DNA from: Squalus acanthias
Taxonomy: Eukaryota
Length of the DNA stretch: 64,000 bases
Direction of reading: 5' to 3'
Assembly: GCA_030390025.1 (NCBI GenBank)
Contig: CM059433.1
Location: 19,966,001-20,030,000 of the forward strand
Below, one piece after another: positions 50,125 to 63,622 of the stretch. Under the pieces are notes generated by a model. The model was given only the letters and a program-made list of their open reading frames with translations. It was not told where the DNA came from and searched no databases. Every line of letters begins with the position of its first letter. The stretch's first letter is position 1. Position numbers and translations under genes: made by a program.

Positions 50125-50409
50125 TCTATGTTTTAATGTAAAAGAAATTCAATTTATTCCTTTTTTTACCTAATCCTAGAGATATAAATGGAAACAAATG
50201 TTGTGATAATAATTGGATCATGCACATTACATGTGAAATAATTTCCAAAATAACTCACTAACTTCTGAATCGGATATTATTAGTAATATGTGGACATAAT
50301 TTCTTTCAGCTTTTATAAATGACTATCTTACCAACATAAAATGATGCGAGAGGTTTTGTATCTGATGTCTGATGTGTGTTATCTACTCTTGTGAAATTGA
50401 GCTCCCAGT

Positions 50410-50745
50410 ATCAGTCCAACTCATTTCCTCTGAGCACTCGTTCCTCTGAGTCGGAATGTGTGACAACAACAGTGACTTGAACACTTCACCTAAACTGACA
50501 CTTCACTGCAGTATTGAGTTGAGTGCTGCATTGTCAGAGGTGCCGTCTTTCAGACGTAATGTTTAATCAAAATATCTTCTGCCAGTTTAGTTCGATGTAA
50601 AATATCCCTTGTTATTGCTGTTTGTGGGACCTTGCTGTGTGCAAATTGGCTTCCACGTTTGTCAACATAACAACAGTGACTACGCTTCAAAAGTAATTTG
50701 TTGGGTTGTCTGAGAAATGTGCACAGCAATGTAAATTCTTTCTCT
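50410..50745 (+). mobile_element. Degenerate Deu-domain SINE
   Basis: tgctgcattgtcagaggtgccgtctttcag...attgctgtttgtgggaccttgctgtgtgcaaattggct...acaacagtgactac. Confidence 0.7.
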
Positions 50746-50851
50746 ATTTATATCGCTAAAAATAGAGTCAAAACCAGTTGGACAGATTTTAATGTTTATA
50801 TTTACTTGTAATAAACTATGTTTGAGAAGAAAAAACCATTAAAATCAGAGT

Positions 50852-51190
50852 AACATAAGGAACAGGAGTAGGCCATTCAGCCCCTCGAGCCTGTGCCACC
50901 ATTCAGTTAGATCATGGCTGATCTGCATCTCAACTCCATTTACCTGCCATAGCTGCACATCCCTTGATACTCATATCTAACAAAAATCTCTCTATCTCAG
51001 TCTTGAACGCTCCCATTGTCCTCGCATCCACATCCAGATTTCTACTACCCTTTGTGTGGCAAAGTGCTTCCTGACATTGCTCCTGAATGGCCTAGCTCTA
51101 ATTTTAAGATTATGTCCCCTCGTTCCTGATTCCCCCATCAGAGGAAATAGTTTCTCTGCATCGACCCTATCAAATCCTTCCAACATTTTA
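50852..51190 (-). mobile_element. CR1 3' fragment
   Basis: ORF 50992..51213 (FDRVDAEKLFPL...TRGHNLKIR); CR1 tail aacataaggaacaggagtaggcc. Confidence 0.85.
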
Positions 51191-53333
51191 GACACAGTTG
51201 AATAATTTTGCATGCAGGTTATTTTTTGGATAATTTGTGAGAAAAATAATTTGACTCTTTTGTCACCAATTGATTTTGTTGCCCTCTTCTCTCCCTAACT
51301 TCGCCAACACTGGCACTTTGGATTCCGGACTCCAAACAGTTAGGCTATTCCACTCAGCACTTGGTGTTGCATTCCGGTGAGGTCTTCTGGTTAAAAATCA
51401 TTTGAAAAGCACAAATTAAAGCTTACATATAAATTAAAATAAATTACAATAAATTGTACTGATCAAGTCAGTAATATATCTTAATTCTAAAGACATAATT
51501 ACATATAATTACATACCTAATTACTACATAGTGTACTCAGTACATCATTACTATCTTTGCAGCCTGTGTCATCTCAGTATCTGAAATTCTAACGAGCATG
51601 CCACATACACTGTGTTTGGATCTTAATCACAAGAAATAGTTTAAAGAACATTTTAAATTAGAATTTTACGCTGGTTTATATGCTAATATGCAGGTGGTTA
51701 GGTAGTGAATAAATTACCAACATGGCATTTGTGGCAGCATGCACTGATGGAATTAAACTTGTAGTATGGTACACATAGGTACGTTAGTGTTAGTTAACAC
51801 TTAAGGATTGCTGTGTTTGTTGGGCATGGCCACTGGTGATGTGAGGTGGGGATAGTTGAGCAATGGAACGCCGAGGCTTCATTAGTGCCACTGGGTTGGT
51901 TAACTATTCTTATGGTGCCTGTAGCAGGCGTTGGTGCACTCCCACCTCCCATCTTGTGTCATCAGTCTGTCCCTCCCTCTGCGAAGCTGCGCTCTGTGCT
52001 GTGGAGTTAGTGAGTAGGCCTTGCTCTGTAGGGCTCCAAGGATCCAGGTACCCTTCCAGGCAATTACAGAGGCCTAATACAGAGATGACAACCGCTTATG
52101 TATAACGTGGACAATCAGCCCATATGAGTAATTTGAGACATGATGTGGAAAGTTTAGCATGTTTGGAAGCAAGGTGATTTTGGACCTATGGTTCCCAAAA
52201 GCTCTCCACCATTGGGGTTTTTCTCAAGTCGCGTCTGGGTCTGTGGTAGTCCAATTTGTAGAGATTGATTGCTATGATTAGTCAACATCTCCATTGTCGT
52301 TGTATCATGTGACTCCCCGGATGGTAGATGGCAAACTAGATGGACCGTGGTCATTTTTCGCCTGGCAATTCCTATGTTCCTATCTGTATTTCTGACACGT
52401 TATTCGTGTGTTTGCATTTTGACCCAGAAATCCGCAGGGATTTGAACTCTCCACGCTGTTCCCAGGCCACTCCATAATTCCCCACCTCTGACCCTGTGGA
52501 GCTACATTGTTGATAACTCCATGAGGTAGAGTTTGCATCATGTCCCTCACCGCTCTGAGCCTAAGTTAACTGAATCAAACATGGAAAAAGTCAGAAAGGT
52601 TTGTGTGCACTTCCAATTATAACTTATTATGTTGACAGCGGTATGGCCCTGGAACAGAGCAAATACTTGGCGATTATATTTTGATTCCCCTGCTGAAAGT
52701 GCTCGTGGACAAGGATGGTTGGATTACTGGGTTCTTAGAAGGCCTGCTACAAGGTATCTAAGATGCATGAAAAGGTTACGCACTGTGTCTGCCACAAAAG
52801 ATAGAATACCCAGGAGACATGCAGATTACCGATACAGTACTGTGAGGTTGTTAACTCCATCGGCTGCACACGGAGGAGAAACATTCGAGGAGTTTCCTCC
52901 TGTTGCTTGGATACTGCTATTTCTCAGGAGCAATTACTCGAATCTGATCCAAAAAGGCTACCCTGCCGTTTTCCAAAATGTAAACCATCTCAGTCAAAAA
53001 CTACACAGCATCAACTCCCAATATATTTGTGTGTAGTATGTAGTCACAACACACTGATACAGCCATCTCTGCCATGACTGGCTCTTTGTTCATGTTGAAG
53101 TGAAATATCAGACTGTCTCATAGATGCAAACTCTCGACGTTTTACGAAGATATTGTGCTGTTCGCCTGTTTGGGAGCTCTAACTTTTGTCTACCTTCTAT
53201 GCTGGGATTGCCCCCAATGCGAATCCTCTGGCCTCGTGGGGCTACATGAGTGACTCCTGCATCAACGAGAGCAGGTGATGATCGTGGGACCGGAGCTTTC
53301 CTTTCTCCGGAAACAGGATTTAAACTGGGAAAG

Positions 53334-53718
53334 GATGAACTCACTGCTATAGTGCATGCCTTGAATTGGGCGGCACTGTTCTTGTCTTCTTTTATAATTG
53401 AAGAAACATCTCTGCAGAGAGACACTGGGGTAGGCAGGGATCTTCCTACAGTAAATTCCTTCAGTCAAATGCCACCAAACAAGACCTGCTTCTCAATGCT
53501 GTCAATCCTTATCAACTCTTGCTCTAATATACTCGCCATGGCAGTCTTTCATTTTGCTCACGTCACCATCCACCTGCTTAATCTTCTGGTGGGATAAGAA
53601 CTGTAGGAAGATCCCTGCCTACCCCAGTGTCTCTCTGCAGAGATGTTTCTTCAATTATAAAAGAAGACAAGAACAGTGCCGCCCAATTCAAGGCATGCAC
53701 TATAGCAGTGAGTTCATC
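53334..53718. repeat. Perfect 119-bp inverted repeat with a 147-bp spacer
   Basis: 53334-53452 is the exact reverse complement of 53600-53718 (compared base by base). Confidence 0.93.
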
Positions 53719-56288
53719 TGTTACACAGAGGGAAATCTGTTAGATTCAGTTTGAAGAAGAAGTTCCCCAGGTTTTACCCTTACCCACTTTGTCTGCCTTA
53801 AGTGAGCGACTCATGCTGCTGTATGTTTCCACAGGCAAGAGCAGTTTTCTGATGTGTGAGCTTGAACACTGAGTGTCCTTAAGCAGGCCCAGTCCTCTCC
53901 TCATCCAGCATCCAGATGCACACTTTCCAGCATGGGTCATTGGAAGGAGGCCAGGATGAGGAAGCTTGCCTGATTCCACCCACCCACCCTGGACTTGGGG
54001 GCAGGACCACAAGGTATAAAACAACATGACAATCTGACTATAGCCTCTCCAGCATTCATCAGAAGGAGAATCTGTGGAGCTTGTTTGGCAGGTTAAAACA
54101 TTTAAATTAAAAAAAATTTTAATCAGGGTACATGGGATGAAGTGACTGCAAGAAGAGGAGCACATGACATCATGTGATTATACAGTATTCCCTCATACAT
54201 TCAGAATACACTTCCTGGCATTTATTTCACTCAGATTGCCATAAGAATGTTAGATATGTAGTAAAATGGCAGTTGAGTTGTAATATTAAAGCTATCTCTT
54301 TCTCTCAATCTATGATATATCCAGGTCTTCCCTTTAAAATTTTCTGTCAGTGCGTTGCATGAGAAAGAGTCGTTAGCTGATAATTGCATCAGATGATTCT
54401 GTTCCCATCTTCCTCCTCTCCCCCATCTCTCAGTCGTATAGAGCAAGTGCCGAATCCCTCATGTGTTGCTATATTGGTGAGAAGAAAATGTAATTATTAG
54501 CATTGCTGGAAGAAAACCACTGTATTCACCTTACCAGGACTAAACATGCCAACCACACCATTCAGATTGTAGTGCTAAGCTGCAGAATCATTGCCAACTG
54601 TCTGAGCGAGGTGAAAATCAATGAGTGTAAGTGTAATATACTGCGTTTAGGTGAGAGAACACCTCAGTAATTAAAGTGAGCTATTAAAAGCAAAACTGTG
54701 TAAAAACTGTACACACAAAGTTGGCTGAACCTTGTGCCACAGCAGAGCCAAAGATTGAGATGTTCTTTCTGTTTCTTAATGAAGTAATGGTGAAGTTCAA
54801 AGGTTCCAACGAGAATAAAGAGTCCCATGACATTAAAAAGAGTGAGAGGAAAATAGTGGGCTAATTAGGAATGGACCAATTCCATGATTGCTTAAACACT
54901 ATTCAATTGGTCGCTGTCATCGCTGTGTTTTTAGATCACTCTAATAGTTCTGTCGTGCTCGGCATTGCATTGCTATGGTTTTAGATTTGATGTGCTGATA
55001 ATCTTATTTAAAGTTGATAAGTTACTTTGTTACTTTATTTCGAGTTGATAAGTAATTTGCATTACTTTTTCTTGGTTGCTACTTTTTGAAGTCTAATAGT
55101 ATTGGTTTACATGCAGATGTAAAAATGAAAACAAAATCATTTTGTATTGTGAATGTGCCTTGGTCTTTTCTTTTTTTCCTTTTGCTGTTCTTCTGTCATA
55201 TAATTGTATTTCCTTGTGCCTTCAATCTGTCCCACGTTGTGGTATTGTGCATTGTGACAAGTGCTAGCCAACATTAGAGCCCAAACTGACAACAGAAGGG
55301 CCAAGCAAACATCTCGCCATTACTGTAGGCCAGAAAAAATACAGACTGTGAAGTGTTTCTTAATCAAATCAATAAAATATGTTAAATCCCCACATTGCAA
55401 CAGTGACTGCACTTCAAAAAGTACTTCATTGACTGTGAAGCGCTTTGGGATGTCCTGAGGTCATCCAAAGGCGCAAGTTCTTTCTTCTTTGTTGAAAGTG
55501 TTTTCAAACCACAATATTATTCATGCGCTCCTGGGACCTCCCTGCAAGCACTGAAAAACTCCAAAGGACCCCTTGCAAGCATTGACAGACTCCTGGATAG
55601 CTTCTAAAAAAAATGTCATCTACCTTAAGGAAAACAGCTGTCATTTTCTATTGCTCTGTACCATAAATAATTATCGTCTAGTCACTCAAGGAAGGAAGGA
55701 AAAATATAGAACATATGACATAGAACACCGATCTCATCCCAGACGGACAGAAAGCTAATGACCTTGTTGACCTACTGAAAACCTCTCATGGATGCACTCA
55801 GATCTGCAGACCCTAGTTAGAAACCCTGTGAGATGCTGAAACACATTTTCTAGTAACCCTCCAAAAATTGCGTAACTTTTATATAGTTTTAGATTCGATT
55901 ATTTGGCAACGTTTAGCTTCTTAAATTAATTTTAAAAGGTATGGTTTACAGCTGATCTTTGAAAAATAAAACTTATGTAGGTCCACAGGACCTGTATTCT
56001 GTTATGAAAAGGACAGCAACTGTCATAGGAATAGATAATGATCTAGCCGCTTATTTAGTGGCAGTGTGAATACAGTTAACTGACACGCAAAATTCCCACA
56101 GGATGGTTCTTGCCAGACAAGCCGCTCTCTTGAATTGTTTATATCTGTAATTAGAGAATGCCGGCGCTCTTGGGAAGTACTCAACAGAATCCAGGTCACC
56201 GAGCATGTAGTTGAAGAGTCTAAGACCCTCAGCTAAGGACAGGCAATTACTCTGTATCCACAGAAACTAACAATGCTGTAGAGAAAGT

Positions 56289-57268
56289 ACATAAGAACAT
56301 AAGAAATAGGAGCAGGAGTAGGCCATACGGCCCCTCGAGCCTGCTCCGCCATTCAATAAGATCATGGCTGATCTACGACCTCCACTCCACTTTCCTGCCC
56401 GCTCTCCATATCCCTTGATTCCCCTAGAGTCCAAAAAATCTATCTATCGCAACCTTGAATATACTCAAAGACTCAGCATCCACAGCCCTTTGGGGCAGAG
56501 AATTCCAAGATTCACAACCCTCAGGGTGAAGAAATTCCTCCTCATCTTGGTCTTAAATGGCCTACCCCTTATCCTGAGACTATGCCCTCTATTTCTAGAC
56601 ACTCCAGCCAGGGGAAACAAGCTCTCAGCATCTACCCTGTCGATCCCCTTCAGAATCTTGTATATTTCAATGAGATAACCTCTCATTCTTCTAAATTACA
56701 GAGAGTATAGGCCCATTCTACACAATCTCTCATCATAGGACAGCCCTCTCATCCCAGGAATCAATCTAGTGAACCTTCGTTGCGCTACCTCCAAGGCAAG
56801 TATATTCTTCCTTAGATAAGGAGACCAAAACTGTTCACAGTACTCCAGGTGTGGACTCACCAAGGCCCTGTACAATTGTAGCAAGACTTCCTTACTCTGA
56901 TACTCCAACCCCTTTGCAATAAAGGCCAATATGCCATTTGCCTTCCTTATTGATTACTGTACCGCATGCTAGCTTTCTGTGTTTCTTGCATGAGGACACC
57001 TGAATCTCTCTGAACACCAACAAAGTTTCTCACCATTTAAAAAATATTCTGTTTTTCTATTCTTCCTACCAAAGTGAATAACCTCACATTCCCTACATTA
57101 TACACCATCTGCCACCTTACTACCCACTCACTCAGTCTGTCTATATTTCTTTGCAGGCTCTTTGTGTTCTCCTCACAGCTTACAGTCCCACCTAACTTTG
57201 TATCGTCAGCAAACTTGGATACATTACACTCGGTCCCTTCATCTAGGTCATTAATATAGATTGTAATT
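56289..57268 (-). mobile_element. CR1 3' fragment, same subfamily as 4-1221
   Basis: ORFs 56465..56686, 56696..56929 and 57037..57444 (KFADDTKLGG); (aacataag)n tail. Confidence 0.9.
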
Positions 57269-57530
57269 AATATACATTTAGGCTGGCAGTCCTGTTCTGT
57301 CTTTCCTCCCTCCCAACAGGAAAAGTCAGATGTTCCCAAGATAGATATCACCCAGGACAAATAGTTGGAAAAATCTTGAATTTTATTTTTGGTTAATTGG
57401 CTCAAGCTGGATCTGAGGTACTTTCCCCATGTACTTGCACACAACTGAATTCATACAAAGCAATAATATAATTTTTGCATTATGGCTTAGAACTTGATTG
57501 AAATGACTCTAAAAACAACAACTTGCATTT

Positions 57531-59917
57531 TTTGTTTATTAGTTATGGGATGTGGGCGTCGCTGGCAAGGCCAGCATTTATTGTCCATCCTAATTGCCCA
57601 TGAGAAGGTGGTGACGAGCCGCCTTCTTGAACCGCTGCAGTCCTTGTGGTGTAGGTACTCCCGCAGTGCTATTAGGGAGGGAGTGCCAGGATTTTGACCC
57701 AGTGACAATGAAGGATCGGCGATATATTTCCAAGTCAGGACAGTGTGTAACTTGGAGGAGAACTTGGAGGTGGTGGTGTTCCCATGCGCCTGCTGCCCTT
57801 GTCCTTCTAGGTGGTAGAGGCCGCAGGTTTGAGAGGTGCTGTCGAAGAAGCCTTGGCGAGTTGCTGCAGTGCATCTTGTAGATGGTACACACTGCAGCCA
57901 CGGTGTGCCGGTGGTGAAGGGAGTGAATGTTTAAGTTGGTGGATGGGGTGCCAGTCAAGTGGGCTGCTTTGTCCTGGATGGTGACGAGCTTCTTGAGTGT
58001 TGTTGGAGCTGCACTCATCCAGGCAAGTGGAAAGTATTCCATCACACTCCTGACTTGTGCCTTGTAGATGGTGGAAAGGCTTTGGGGAGTCAGGCGGTGA
58101 GACATTCGCCGCAGAATACCCAGCCTCTGACCTGCTCTTGTAGCCACAGTATTTATGTGGCTGGTCCAGTTAAGTTTCTGGTCAATGATGACCCCCAGGA
58201 TGTTGATGGTGGGGGATTCGGCGATAGTAATGCTGTTGAATGTCAAGGTTACGTGGTTAGACTCTCGCTTGTTGGAGATTGTCATTGCCTGGCACTTGTG
58301 TGGCACGAATGTTACTTGCCACTTATCAGCCCAAGCCTGAATGTTGTCCAGGTCTTGCTGCATGTGGCCATGGACTGCTTCATTATCTGGGGAGATGCGA
58401 ATAGAACTGAAAACTGTGCAGTCATCAGCGAATATCCCCACTTCTGACCTAATGATGGAGGGAAGGTCATTGATGAAGCAGCTAAAGATGGTTGGGCTTA
58501 GGACACTGCCCTGAGGAACTCCTGCAGCGAAACTGAGCATCGGTGAACAGGTTATTGGTGAGTAAGTGCTGCTTGATAGCACTGTCGCTGACACCTTCCA
58601 TCACTTTGCTGATGATTGAGAGTAGACTGATGGGGCGGTAATTGGCTAGATTGGATTTGTCCTGCTATTTGTGAACAGGCCATACCTGGGCAGTTTTCCA
58701 CATTGTCAGGTAGATGCCAGTATTGTAGCTGTACTGGAACAGCTTTGCTAGAGGCGCGGCTAGTTCTGGAGCACAAGTCTTCAGCACAATAGCCAGGATG
58801 TTGTCGGGGCCCATAGCCTTTGCTGTATCCAGTACGTTCAGCCATTTCTTGATATCATGTGGAGTGAATCGAATTGGCTGAAGACTGGCTTCTGTGATGG
58901 TGGGGACCTCAGGAGGAGGCCGATATGGATAATCCACTCTGCACTTCTGGCTGAAGATGGTTGCAAAAGCATCAGCCTTGTCTTTTGAACTCGCATGCTG
59001 GGCTCTGCCATCATTGAGAATAGGGATATTCATCCGAGCCTCCTCCTCCCATTAATTTTTTAATTGTCCACCACCATTCACGACTGGATGTGGCAGGACC
59101 TCAGAGCTTTGATCTGATCCGTTGATTGTGGGATCATTTAGCTCTGTCTGTAGCATGCTGTTTAGCATGCATATAGTCCTGTGTTGCAGCTTCCCCAGGT
59201 TGGCACCTCATTTTTAGGTACGCCTGGTGCTGCTCCTGGCATGTTCTTCTACACTCCTCATTGAACCAGGGTAGGTCCCCTAGCTTGATGATAATGGTAG
59301 AGTGAGGGTTCTGCCGGGCCATGAAGTTACAGATTGTGGTGGAATACAATTCTGCTGCTGCTGATGGCCCACAGCGCCTCATGAACACCCAGTTTTGAGC
59401 TTCTAGATCTGTTCTGAATCTATCCCATTTAGCACGGTGGTAGTGCCACACAACACGATGGAGGGTGTCCTCAGTGTGAAGACGGGACTTCGTCTCCACA
59501 ATGACTCTGCGGTGGTCACTGCTACCAATGCTGTCATGGACAGATGCATCTGCGACAGGTAGATTGGTGAGGATGAGGTCAAGTAGGTTTTTCCCTCATA
59601 TTGGTTCTCTCACCATCTGCCGCAGGCCCAGTCTGGCAGCTATGTCTTTCAGGACTCGGCCAGCTCGGTCAGTAGTGGTGATGGGCATTGAAGTCCCCCA
59701 CTCAGAGTACATTCTGTGCCTTTGCTACCCTCAGCGCTTCTTCCAAGTGGTGTTCAACATGGAGGAGCACTGATTCATCAGCTGAGGGAAGGCAATAGGT
59801 GGTAATCAGCAGGAGGTTTCCTTGCCCATGCTTGACCTGAAGCCATGAGACTTCATGGGGTCCAGAGTCAATGCTGAGGACTCCCAGGGCTACTCCCTCC
59901 CGACTGTATACCACTGT
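57531..59917 (-). mobile_element. CR1/L2-group (Jockey-like RT) LINE of a distinct family, degenerate, with an internal RT deletion near 58530
   Basis: GVPQGSVLSPTIFSCFINDL...FADD...KLNWTSHI...IYKAQVRSVMEY; KAMGPD; APE remnants (TTYCLPSADES) in 59702..59959. Confidence 0.88.
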
Positions 59918-60088
59918 ACCAGATGGGTTTTTACAACAATCCGGTAGTTTCATGGTCATACTAGCTTTTTTAATTCCAGATTTATTTCATTAACTGAATT
60001 TTAAATTCCCCAGCTGCCGTGGTGGGATTTGAACTCACGTCTCTGGATCATTAGTCCAGTAACATAACCATTATGCTACCGTTCCCGC
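59918..60088 (-). mobile_element. tRNA-derived SINE 5' portion fused to the LINE at 57531-59917
   Basis: Minus-strand A box TAGCATAATGG and B box GAGTTCAAATCC. Confidence 0.65.
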
Positions 60089-61760
60089 TTATATAGCATC
60101 TTTGATGTAGTAAAACAACCTACGGTGCAACAACCTAAAGCACTGCCATTGAATATTTTATGTTGAGCGTGATAAGGATGAGAATTCTCTTGTTGAGATA
60201 TTTCCTACCTTTGGCTTTCTCTTGGGATTTCACCACAGTCCCAAGGGGCAGTGTTGGCTAGGAGTTTGGGCCTCTGCCAGAGCCACTCTGAAACTAATTG
60301 CTTTGAGTTATGTAACAGCGGCTTAGAATTATTCCCCTTTGAATTGCCCCTCACTCTCTGTAGGGAAGATCCAGACCTCCACTCGTTACTTCTTAGTCAC
60401 GGCAAAGCCGAGCTCTGCATGCGAAGAAGTGCGAGTGGGAACATACACCAGCCCGTCCTTGTGCACTGTGCAGTCACAGCAGCTGATCCCAGTCGCTGAT
60501 TATTTCTTTTCATTCAGACTTCATTCTGTTTGGAGAATGGTGAACAACATCAGTGCGATGGAATGGAGAACTAACGGAGGGTTTTCTGGGTCTGCTCCTC
60601 GGTGCACTGGACCACCCAGGAGGAGCAGTGAGTATCAGAAAACCGCACACATTGGAGTGCACGCCTGTAAAGGAACTCACACAAATTTTCCTTCCATTTA
60701 AATTGATGGAGCAAAATCGGGCAGGTTGTTTTCACAGGTGTGCGCCCCACCCCGTTTGATTATCCAATATACACGGGTGATTCAGTGCACCCGTGTGTAG
60801 GTCCAGAAAAATTTCGCCCACCGTTTTGCTTTGGGTCCGTTTTCCTGACCTCAACCACTGTTCCTCGAAAGATCACGGGGTAAACAAATTCCGCCTGTGT
60901 GCACCAGCCGCAGCCTTCTTCCCATTAAAATAAAACTGTGGGCTTGCACCAACAGAAGGAGAATCTTTCCCTCTGTATCTTCTCATGGTCTGTGACCCGC
61001 TGCTTCACGTAGTTGTTCCTTTCAACTGCATGTACCTGTTGGATAATTGATTTTATTTCTTCTCTGAACATGAGCGGGGGCTGGCATGGACACATTTATT
61101 GCCCATCCCTAGGCGCCCTGAGAATGTGATGGTGGGCCTTGACACTCTACAGTTGTTGTGCTGATGATGCTCTCGTGATGGAGTTAGGTAGGGAATTCCA
61201 GGATATTGTAACAGTTACTGTGAAGGAATGGCGATCCATGCCCACATCAGGATGACTTAACAGAAAGGAAGTGCCAACAGTTACTCCATTTTGCAGTACT
61301 GCGGTGCAATGGAACTCCCGCAGCATTCTCAACGGCTCTGTCAATCCACAAGGCAGAAAACATCTAACGCTAGGCCTACTTCACACAGGCTAATACTCTG
61401 AATTAAATTGATTCGCTAATTGGATCATTCATAGAAGCTAGAATAGTAGGCAAAGTCTATAATGCACAGCAGACATATATGAAGGATGTAGAAGCATTCC
61501 ATATCATGTCAGCCTCCCCTTCTCTGGTCAAGAAAAACTTGTTACGTTTTCTTGAAATGGGCAAGTTTCTTGAACAGAAACAGACGAGAGGTCTCTTGAC
61601 CGCTGCTGAACAGAATGCAGTCTCGAGGTCTGTCCTTCAGGTTGAGGTGGCGCCAGTGGAATAGGCAAGCCCCAAATGCTCATGGAGTTTTATTCACCCA
61701 AATTATATCAGCCACCATGCCAGAAACCGAGCCAACAGAGTTGGGACATCTGTACATTCG

Positions 61761-62152
61761 GGGGTCGAGTTTCCGCTATGGGCGCAATTCACCCAAAATT
61801 TGGCATACCAGCGCAAAAGATGGAGGAATTTCAAGCGCAAGTTATGTCCAGCGCAAATCAAGTTTCCGCGGTCTTTTGCGCTGGTTTAAAAAATCAGCGC
61901 GATGGAAGCCGGGCCCGCCCACAAAACTGCACCAGGTTATCTTAAATATACCACGGAATATTTTTAAATGCAAAAAGTTTTTTTAATGTTTGAAAATGCT
62001 GCCTGATTGCGCTGGTTCATTTTACGTTTGTGATTATGCAAATGAGTTTGAGCGGAAACCTGAACCATAAAATCAATTCGGAAAACTAGCGCAATTCTGA
62101 GCGCAATTTGTGCCCGGATCGCCGATTGCGCCCAAAGCGGAAACTCTACCTC
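61761..62152. mobile_element. Harbinger-type MITE
   Basis: TIR G(G/A)GGT(C/A)GAGTTTCCGCT, 15/17 match; repeated GCGCAA motifs; TSD not evident. Confidence 0.7.
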
Positions 62153-63024
62153 ACAACTTCCATTGATGTAAAAATAAAAATTTCCCCAACTTTGATGAAC
62201 TTGCAGACCAGTAAGAATTGATAACAGATTGGATAATGAGTTGACAAATGGTGGCAGGATATGATGAAACAATGGGCTATGATTTCACACATCACAACAG
62301 TCGTAAGTCACCCTTCTGGGAAGTGGTTGGTTACTGAAGTTATACATTCAGGATGTAAAGTGTGCCCATCAAAGGGAATCTTTATCTGACCGAATTCTTA
62401 TTCAAAGAATTTTCTGATTGTAATTCAGACAAATCATTTCTGAGAAGCAATTCAGATTTCCTCAAAGCAAGTGGAGACCCTCTTGTATCATGGTTATTCC
62501 AGCTTTTAACAGATACCGGAGCTGGTTTTCCTTTCCTTTATGCCCATCCGTTGCTCAGTTCCCAGGCACAAAGGCGAGAATAAAAAAGGGCGGAGGCTGT
62601 TAGGCCGGATCTGCACTCCCTTTACATTGCCCAGGGATTTCTTGGCGACCCCGGAAATCCCCTAAGGAGGGGTAGATTGTTTGTGCCTGAAGTTGGTGAA
62701 ACTATGAGGAAGCCAGACAAATTAGGGTGGGTGGACACAAAGCTCATTTTACTACTGCTTGGGGGTTCATTAGGAAAAATGCCCAGAAGAAACAGCTGTT
62801 AGGCCTTGTGCATGGCACCACCCTCAATGCGGAGGATCTTGGCGGGACAGATGGCAATGCCACGGAGGCCAACAATCCTTTTTGTTTTGCAGCTTTTTGG
62901 CTGGAGATCATTACACCGTGGGTGCGTTCTTCCTGATCTGCACTCAAGCAAGGCAGCGGGATGAAAGTCAGGGCCTTATACGAGTCTAAAAATTAAATTT
63001 TAACCCCGTTGGGAGAGTTACTCC

Positions 63025-63622
63025 CTCATCTATGCCTTTGTTACCTCCAGACTTGACTATTCCAACGCACTCCTGGCTGGCCTCCCACATTCCACCCTAC
63101 GTAAACTTGAGGTTATCCAAAATTCGGCTGCCCGTGTCCCAACTCGCACCAAGTCCCGTTCGCCCATCACCCCTGTGCTCGCTGACCTACATCGGCTCCC
63201 GGTTAAGCAGCGCCTCGATTTCAAAATTCTCATCCTTGTTTTCAAATCCGGACAATACCTCGACCCTTCCTATCTCTGTCATCTCCTTCAGCACCACAAC
63301 TCCCCAAGATATCTGCGCTCCTCTAATTCTGACCTCTTGAGAATCCCTGATTATAATTGCTCAACCTTTGGTGGCCGTGCCTTCTGTTGCCTAGGCCCTA
63401 AGCTCTGGAATTCCTGCCTAAACCTCTCCGTCTCGCTACCTCTCCTCCTTTAAGATGCTCCTATAAAACCTACCTCTGTGACCAAGCTTTTGGTCACCTG
63501 CCCTAATTTCTCCTTATGTGGCTCGGTGTCAAATTTTTTGGTCTTAAAATATTCCTGTGAAGGGCCTTGGGACGTTTTACTACGTTAAAGGCGCTATATA
63601 AATACAAGTTCTTGTTGTTGTT
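63025..63622 (+). mobile_element. L2 LINE 3' fragment
   Basis: Translates AFVTSRLDYSNALLAGLP...IQNSAAR...PITPVLADLHRLPVKQRLDFKIL; tail aaaggcgctatataaatacaagtt(gtt)n. Confidence 0.88.
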
